A DNA stretch of 64,000 bases from a bacterium (GTDB lineage Bacteria; UBA8248): NCBI GenBank assembly GCA_965219955.1, contig OZ244799.1, forward strand, positions 1,248,001 to 1,312,000, given 5' to 3'. This document shows, piece after piece, positions 57,906 through 64,000 of the stretch (the first letter of the stretch is position 1; each line of letters opens with the position of its first letter). A model generated the notes under the pieces. That model had not been told where the DNA came from. It ran no database searches and worked only from the letters and a program-made list of their open reading frames with translations. Both the position numbers and the translations under genes were made by a program.

Positions 57906-59306
57906 TCAAAACGACTCGAAATCGGGCGACTCCCGCCAGCCGCCGCTTTCCTCCTCCAGGGCGTGGGCGATTCCGTAGAGCGCGGCCTCGCTGAAATTCG
58001 GCCCGACGAGCTGGACCGCCAGCGGCAGTCCGTCTCCCGAAAACCCCCGGGGCAGGGATATCGCGGGCGCGCCCAGGGTGTTGACCCAGCGCGTGAAGCG
58101 CGTGAGCGAGGCGACGAGCCCCTCGGCTTCTGCGCGCGCCTGCGCGTGAGAGGGCGCGGGGGCGGGCGTCGTCGGCCCGGCCAGAACGTCCACGGCGGAG
58201 AACACCTCGCGTGCGTAGTGACGAATCAGTTCCTCGCGCCTCGCGAGCGCAGCGCGGTATTGGGCCCCGCGAATCCCGCGCCCGGCTTCCAGGCGCGCCA
58301 GGATTTCCGGCGTCACCTGATCCTCGTATCTCTCCAGACGCTCGCCGTGTATCATCAGCGCCTCGTACTTGAAGATCGTGTTGGCGAGTTCTTCGAGCTC
58401 TTCGGTATGGGGAGGCGGCATCGGGACGAGGCGCGCGCCCAGGCGCTCAAGCGTCTCGCATGCTTCCCCGTAAGCCGCTCCCATCTCCCCGGAAACGCCG
58501 CTCAACTCCGCGTCTTCCAAAACGCCCACGCGAGCGCCCTGGATGCTCTCGCCGAGCGCTTGGGTGTAATCGGGCACGGGCCGCGTGCTCGCGCTCGCAT
58601 CCAAGGAGTCCGCGCCCGCAATGGCGGAGAGCACCAGCGCGTTGTCCGCCACCGTTCGCGTGAGCGGGCCGAAGGTGTCGAGCGTCCAGGAGAGCGGCAT
58701 CCCCCCGTGCCGGCTCACGCGGCCGTTCGTGGGCTTCAGGCCGACGACGCCGCAAAACGCCGCCGGCAGGCGGATGGAGCCGCCCGTATCCGTGCCGACA
58801 GCGGCCAGCGCCATCCCCCCGGCCACCGCGCATCCCGACCCGCTGCTCGAACCGCCCGTAACGTGACCCTGCTTCCAGGGGTTCTGCGGGTCGCCGAAAT
58901 GCTTGTTGCGCCCCGTCGGCCCCATGGCGAGTTCCGCCATGTTGAGTTTCCCCATGTTGACGGCGCCGGCCTCTTCGAGGCGCTTCCAGATGGTCGACAC
59001 CGCATCGGGGGGCGGGTCGTCCTCGAACATCACGCTGCCGCAAGTGGTGGGGGTTCCCGGAATATGGCAGAGGTCCTTGTAGGCCACCGGAACCCCGTCG
59101 AGCGGGCCGATTTCATCGCCGAAGCGGAACCTCCGCTCTGATTCGCGCGCCGCCCTGCGCATCTCTCTTTCGCTGACGTGCAGATAGGCCCGAAGCTTGA
59201 GATTCCACTTTTTGATGAGGGCGAGGGCGTCGTCGGCAATTTCGACGGGTGAGACTTCACCGGCGCGGTAGGCGTCCCGCAGCGCCGTTATCGTCCAATC
59301 GCTCAT
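57906..59306 (-). CDS. Amidase signature family protein
   Basis: PVAYKDL, GGSSSGS and GTDTGGSIRLPA (Ser-cisSer-Lys triad). Confidence 0.94.
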   Translation of the reverse strand: MSDWTITALRDAYRAGEVSPVEIADDALALIKKWNLKLRAYLHVSEREMRRAARESERRFRFGDEIGPLDGVPVAYKDLCHIPGTPTTCGSVMFEDDPPPDAVSTIWKRLEEAGAVNMGKLNMAELAMGPTGRNKHFGDPQNPWKQGHVTGGSSSGSGCAVAGGMALAAVGTDTGGSIRLPAAFCGVVGLKPTNGRVSRHGGMPLSWTLDTFGPLTRTVADNALVLSAIAGADSLDASASTRPVPDYTQALGESIQGARVGVLEDAELSGVSGEMGAAYGEACETLERLGARLVPMPPPHTEELEELANTIFKYEALMIHGERLERYEDQVTPEILARLEAGRGIRGAQYRAALARREELIRHYAREVFSAVDVLAGPTTPAPAPSHAQARAEAEGLVASLTRFTRWVNTLGAPAISLPRGFSGDGLPLAVQLVGPNFSEAALYGIAHALEEESGGWRESPDFESF

Positions 59307-59340
59307 GGGCGGATTTTGCGGAAGGGAGAGACCGGACCTG

Positions 59341-59895
59341 TCATCCGCTTCCCGGGTAGCCCGGCGCCTGAAGGACGCGCGTCATCTGGTCCTGATGGAG
59401 ATAATCGTGCGTGCCGGAATAGACGATGCGGTCGTAAATGTTGAGGTCGCCGTAGCGGAAATGCTCATGCATATAGCGGCTCATGTCGGTGCTCCGGTAA
59501 GGGAGCATCATTTGATGAACCGCCTCCCTGTTGGGGGTGAGCCTGGCGATCATTTCGCGGAAATCGCCTTCGCCTTTGGGGATGAGAAAATCGGGCGCCG
59601 GCACCCGGCCCTGCTCCCTGCGCCTGAGCGCCTCGCGGCTCATCTTCTCGGGATTCTCGGGCGCCGTATCCCAGGACCCGGATTCCTCCGCCTCCGCGAG
59701 CCTCTTCTCGAGGAAGCGCGCGTAATACGCGTCCGTCAAGAGGATGTGCTCGAGATTCTGGTGCAGGGACCATTCGCCGTCGGGAGGCAGCCAGTGAACG
59801 TGGGAGGTGTCGACCCCCTCCAGAAAGGCGATCAGGTTTTTTCTGTCCTTGAAAGCCGAGGCGAAAGCCTCATCGAACATCTCTTCCGGCGTCAT
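59341..59895 (-). CDS. DinB family protein
   Basis: WSLHQNLEH...H..HDYLHQDQ His triad. ATG start at 59895. Confidence 0.82.
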   Translation of the reverse strand: MTPEEMFDEAFASAFKDRKNLIAFLEGVDTSHVHWLPPDGEWSLHQNLEHILLTDAYYARFLEKRLAEAEESGSWDTAPENPEKMSREALRRREQGRVPAPDFLIPKGEGDFREMIARLTPNREAVHQMMLPYRSTDMSRYMHEHFRYGDLNIYDRIVYSGTHDYLHQDQMTRVLQAPGYPGSG

Positions 59896-60098
59896 TTTAT
59901 CGTCCTTCTCGTTGCGGCGGGCGAGGGATTTGCGTCTCTTCGAACTCTCCCGCTGTGATGTCTGTAAGAAACCAAAATACAATATGTCGTGAGTTTACGC
60001 CATGACTGCGGGGCCGCGGGGTCTCGGGCTGCTTCACCAAATGGATAATTACGAATCTGCGGGGTTGTCGGGAGATCCCGATGAAGGCGGGTTTGATC

Positions 60099-60780
60099 GT
60101 CATTCCGGCTCAAGGCCGGAATAACGGCAATGGGATTCCGCCTTGGCGAAGGGAGTGTAGGGGCCGCATATATGCGGCCCGTCGTTGGAAGGCAAAAAGG
60201 CCGGGTCGCATATATGCGACCCCTACACACAAGAGATCCGCCCGATGAAGGCTTTTTCAACAGTCCCTTGTCAGGGGGGTGCAAAAAGGCGATTCGCCTC
60301 CGCTTGGTTGAGGGGGGGGGTGCTTTTTCTTGCCCCCCTGACAAGGGACTGTTGAAAAAGCCTTGATGAACGAGGGAAATTATGGCCGCGCTCGCCGCAG
60401 ATGAAAAATCCAACTGTAGGGGCGTCGAACTTCCCGAAGAGGGAAGTTCGACTGTGCCCGCCCGTATCGGGAATGTCCATGCCCGTAAGAGGCCTTGGAC
60501 AGGCACGGAGGCCTGTCCCTACGGCGAACAATCTCGAAGGTCGGATAGGGTTTTTCAACAAGCCTGACAAGGGGGGTAGGGGGGGTTGCCTTTCAGGGGG
60601 AGCATCCTTCGATACGCCGCCTTCGGCGGCTACTCAGGATGAGGAAAGTGGGGGGCGGAGCCTGTCCCGAGCGAAGGCGAGGGGCCGCTACTCAGGATGA
60701 GGCGGAGAAAGACTTTTTCAACAAACCTTCAAGGGGGGCAGGGGGGATGCTCCTTTGAGGAGGGCTTTCTCAACAACCCC
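60099..60780. mobile_element. Nested repeat cluster including MITE copy B (60349-60561)
   Basis: Several TGTTGAAAAA/TTTTTCAACA ends abutting CCCTGACAAGGG palindromes, a GTAG REP doublet and CTACTCAGGATGAGG modules. Confidence 0.75.
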
Positions 60781-60792
60781 TTGCGGCGGGTT

Positions 60793-61701
60793 TCAGGAGC
60801 CCCGCCCTGCGCCGGGAGAGCGTACCTCGATGTCCAGCCACTCTTCCCAGAGCTTGATGAGCGAGGCGTATTCTTCGGCCCCGTATCCTCGCTGAATCGC
60901 CATTTCATAGACGTGGTGTGTCGCGCTGGCGATGAAGGTGGGAACGCGGAGTTCGCGGGCCAGTTCGAGGCACAGGTCGGAGTCTTTCGTCGCGAGGTCG
61001 GTCGTCATCCCGGGCGTGAACTCCCCCGGCAGGATGTGCTTTCTGAGCCTGTCCTCCACCTGGCGGCTGCGGCCCGAACTGACGGAGATGACGTCGCAGA
61101 GTAAATCGGGGTCGGCGCCCGCCGCGACGCCCAGCGCCATGGCCTCGGTCAGCGCCGCGAGGTTCACGTGCGAGAGCATGTTGTTCACGACCTTGAACAA
61201 CATGCCCATGCCCGATGCGCCGCAGTGGAAAACGTTTTTTCCGAAATGCGAGAGAAGGGGCCTGAGCCTCTCGAAACCCGCCTCGCCGCCGCCCACCATC
61301 AGCGTGAGGGTGCCCGCCCTGGCCCCCTGCACGCCGCCGCTCACGGCGGCGTCCATCAACTCGGCCCCTTGCGCTTCCACCATGGGGGCCAGTTCCTTGA
61401 TGAGGGAAGGGGAGACGGTGCTCGTCTCCGCCAGGAGCGCGCCGTCTCGCGCGCCCGCCAGAATTCCCTCTTCACCCAGAATCACCTCGCGCGATATGTT
61501 CGGATGCGGCAGGGACGTGAAAACGATCTCCGAGCGGGAAGCGACGTCCGCCGGGCTGCGTCCTGTGCGCGCGCCCTTGTTCCCGGCCTCCAGCGTGGCT
61601 TCCTCCCGGACGTCGTACGCGGTCACCTCATGACCGGCGCGAATGAGATGGGCGCAAATCTCGCTTCCCATCCGGCCCAGGCCGATAAAACCAAGCTCCA
61701 C
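60793..61701 (-). CDS. NAD(P)-dependent beta-hydroxyacid dehydrogenase (3-hydroxyisobutyrate/tartronate semialdehyde reductase family)
   Basis: GFIGLGRMG, DAAVSGG, KVVNN and KD. GTG 61701 after GAGGAGG. Confidence 0.93.
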   Translation of the reverse strand: MELGFIGLGRMGSEICAHLIRAGHEVTAYDVREEATLEAGNKGARTGRSPADVASRSEIVFTSLPHPNISREVILGEEGILAGARDGALLAETSTVSPSLIKELAPMVEAQGAELMDAAVSGGVQGARAGTLTLMVGGGEAGFERLRPLLSHFGKNVFHCGASGMGMLFKVVNNMLSHVNLAALTEAMALGVAAGADPDLLCDVISVSSGRSRQVEDRLRKHILPGEFTPGMTTDLATKDSDLCLELARELRVPTFIASATHHVYEMAIQRGYGAEEYASLIKLWEEWLDIEVRSPGAGRGS

Positions 61702-61752
61702 CGTTCGCCTCCTCGCCGGATGCGCTATCCGCTCATCGATAATGAATAAAAA

Positions 61753-61829
<77 letters not shown>

Positions 61830-61950
61830 ACCGAAAGAAATGTCCCGCGCAAAAGTTCCGGGCGCGACAGGGCAGGTGGGCCGAACCGCGCCGGGTTTTC
61901 GGCGAAAGAAATATCACAGGCTATTTAGTAAGGCTTAAGCGTGGTGCGCG

Positions 61951-62634
61951 TCAAGGGCTTCGCGTTATCGAGGCCGGGGAAATGAATTTGTCCCGGTAAC
62001 GGCGTTTTGAAGGAGCGGGGGAAATTCCGGGAAGGGGGAGGGGGGAGAAGAGGCTGGGAATACGGTCGCCTCTGTATAGCGTGGCGACCCGGTGGCCTCC
62101 CGTTTTCGAAACCGTCGTGCGCGTCATCTCGCGCAGCGCGACGGCCTGGCCGCCGACGAGCAGGCGCATTCGTCCCTTCTTGAGTATCACGGTGGTGAAG
62201 TGCCTGTAGGCTTTCACGGCGAATTCCACTCCCTTGCCGCGCAGCATTCCCGCAGGCGTTGTCACGCTCAGGCTCAGCCCGCAGGAAGCTTCATGGCACC
62301 TCACCGTGCCCCTGATCAGCTTCGCCGAATACGTGCCGCCCCGCTTCATGCCCACCAATTTGAAGGAAGTGTTCGGCTCCAGCACGAGCCGGCAACCCGG
62401 GCGTCGCCGGAAATGAATGAGCGCCCGCGAACTCGCGCTCGTGACGATGTGATCGCCCGGGAGCATCGCACGCCTGCCCCTCAGGTAAACTTTTTTTCCG
62501 CGCGGGAATACGATGTGGGGGAAGCCGGATATCGCTCTCATTTCGACGAGGACTTTGTTTTCCGCGACAGCGGAAGAGATCATGCACAGGGGAAACAGAT
62601 GCACCCCAAGAATCAGGATCTTGAGTCTGGTCAT
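61951..62634 (-). CDS. FecR-domain exported protein
   Basis: Signal peptide, GDHIVTSASSRALI, VTTPAG..RG..F and VILKKGRM. Confidence 0.72.
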   Translation of the reverse strand: MTRLKILILGVHLFPLCMISSAVAENKVLVEMRAISGFPHIVFPRGKKVYLRGRRAMLPGDHIVTSASSRALIHFRRRPGCRLVLEPNTSFKLVGMKRGGTYSAKLIRGTVRCHEASCGLSLSVTTPAGMLRGKGVEFAVKAYRHFTTVILKKGRMRLLVGGQAVALREMTRTTVSKTGGHRVATLYRGDRIPSLFSPLPLPGISPAPSKRRYRDKFISPASITRSP

Positions 62635-62754
62635 GTCATTCCCGTGGAGTAGCGGCTAAGCGTCAGACCTCACAGAATTTTGTAAAGGATTTTTCTGGCT
62701 TTTGCAAGTTGGCTAACTAACGGAAAAGAAACCACATCCCGATGTTCGGGCTAT

Positions 62755-63175
62755 GGGGGTTGTTGAAAAACCCCATCTAGGAGGAAGTGACGCCTGCGTC
62801 TCTGCCCGGTTTCGGGTTTTGGCCGTCATTCCGGCGAAAGCCGGAATCCATTTTTACGCTTTTCGTTTCTTCGTTCGGATGTCTTTAACCGCGAGCGGGG
62901 AGGATCGGAATCGAACACAAAAAAGAAAGGCGAATTCTCTGGATTCCGCATCCGGATGCCGCGCAACAACAAGGTCGACGCCGCCCCGCCTGGAGAAAAG
63001 TCAAAATGGATTCCGGCTTTCGCCGGAATGACGAACGAAAACTTCCCGGCCAACGGGAAATTGCCGTGTAGGGGTCGCATACATGCGACCCACCCCGTGG
63101 ACACAAAACCAGGGCCGCATATATGCGGCCCCTACAAAACTGCGAACCCTCTCCTCGGGATTTTTCAACCACCCC
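62755..63175. mobile_element. MITE-like unit with an inverted GTCATTCCGGCGAAAGCCGGAATCC pair and a GTAG REP doublet
   Basis: GGGGTTGTTGAAAAA...TTTTTCAACCACCCC, with modules at 62825-62849, 63007-63033 and 63068-63135. Confidence 0.72.
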
Positions 63176-63657
63176 TAAATAAGCGGATCCCGGCGCGTCG
63201 TGATGACGCCGGTCCTCATGCCCGCCGTATGCAAACCGCCCCTCAGGCGGCCGTGCTCGATCTTCATGCACCTGTCCATGACGACGAGCAGGCCCGCCGC
63301 CTCCGCGCGGGCGGCCTCGGCCTCGTTCACCACTTCGAATTGCAGCCACAGCGATTTCGCGCCGACCTCAATCGCCTCGTCGACCACTTCCGATATTTCA
63401 TCCGGCCTGCGGAACACGTCCACCACGTCGGGCGGGTCGGGTATCGATGAGACGTCGGGGTAGGATTTCCGGTCCAGTATCCGCTCGTATCTCGGGTTCA
63501 CCGGGATGACCTCGTAACCCATTCTTTGCAGGTAATACCCGACGAAATAGCTGGGTCTCGATTCGTTCGCCGAGAGCCCCACCATCGCCACGCGGCGGTG
63601 ATTCCGCAGGATGCGGCGAATCGTGCGCGGGTTCTGGTATGCGGGATATTTCATCAC
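63175..63657 (-). CDS. CoA-binding protein (YccU-like)
   Basis: AMVGLS...RPS, PVNP, DVVDVFR, LWLQ and VMDRCMKIEH. Confidence 0.92.
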   Translation of the reverse strand: MMKYPAYQNPRTIRRILRNHRRVAMVGLSANESRPSYFVGYYLQRMGYEVIPVNPRYERILDRKSYPDVSSIPDPPDVVDVFRRPDEISEVVDEAIEVGAKSLWLQFEVVNEAEAARAEAAGLLVVMDRCMKIEHGRLRGGLHTAGMRTGVITTRRDPLI

Positions 63658-64000
63658 GCGCCCTTCGTCGCCTCACCGAGGGCCTGGTCGAGGTCCCAGA
63701 GAATGTCGTCGATATGCTCGAGACCCACCGAAATCCGGATGAGGTCGGGCGTGATGTTGCCCGCCTTCAGGTCCTCCTCGCTCAACTGGGCGTGCGTCGT
63801 GGAAGCCGGGTGGATGATGAGGCTTTTGGCGTCGCCGACGTTCGCCAGATGGCTGTGCAGCTGAAGCGCGTTGATGAAGCGAACGGCCGGGTCGAATCCG
63901 CCCCGGACGCCGAAGGAGAATACGGCGCCCTGTCCGTTCGGCAGGTACTTTTGCGCCCTTTCATATTCGGGGCTGTCCGGCAGTCCGGGATAACTCACGA
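63654..64000 (-). CDS. metY: O-acetylhomoserine aminocarboxypropyltransferase, C-terminal part
   Basis: HLANVGDAKSLIIHPASTTHAQL and IRISVGLEHIDDI. Confidence 0.9.
   Translation of the reverse strand, partial: VSYPGLPDSPEYERAQKYLPNGQGAVFSFGVRGGFDPAVRFINALQLHSHLANVGDAKSLIIHPASTTHAQLSEEDLKAGNITPDLIRISVGLEHIDDILWDLDQALGEATKGA

Noticed and set aside
6164-59141. Long antisense ORFs (e.g. 6164-7471, 7547-9046, 11947-13350, 19035-20444, 27813-29024, 57846-59141)
   Set aside because: Shadow frames of GC-rich genes on the opposite strand, with no recognisable motifs.

Overview
Bacterial chromosomal window. GC is high (about 60-65% by eye), with a visibly more AT-rich, repeat-free central block at about 33-55 kb. 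Gene content suggests a Gram-negative organism, possibly of the deltaproteobacterial/Nitrospinota type (inference only). Housekeeping content includes glnE (partial), moeA, mobA, degP, lgt, secA, an Fe3+ ABC transporter, a Gld-like ABC system, tRNA-Pro(GGG) and metY (partial). Main highlights: (1) Three genes are split in the ORF track by in-frame TGA codons but read as selenoproteins with SECIS-like hairpins: GrdA, GrdB and an exported DUF3179 protein. (2) GrdA/GrdB sit in an atypical glycine/betaine-reductase-like operon (cyclase-grdC-grdA-grdE-grdB). GrdB has lost both Cys of its UxxCxxC motif, the GrdE-like protein lacks the pyruvoyl-forming Cys, and grdD/trx are absent locally. (3) A FadR-regulated oxalate-oxidoreductase-like 2-oxoacid:ferredoxin oxidoreductase keeps the YPIRP arginine but lacks the OOR active-site Asp. 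(4) Intergenic DNA holds nested non-autonomous repeats: MITE-like units with TGTTGAAAAA ends, four palindromic module families and a filled/empty pair. (5) A separate family of AT-rich elements carries 10-bp-phased CCCGCATTT repeats, and two copies bracket the low-GC block.
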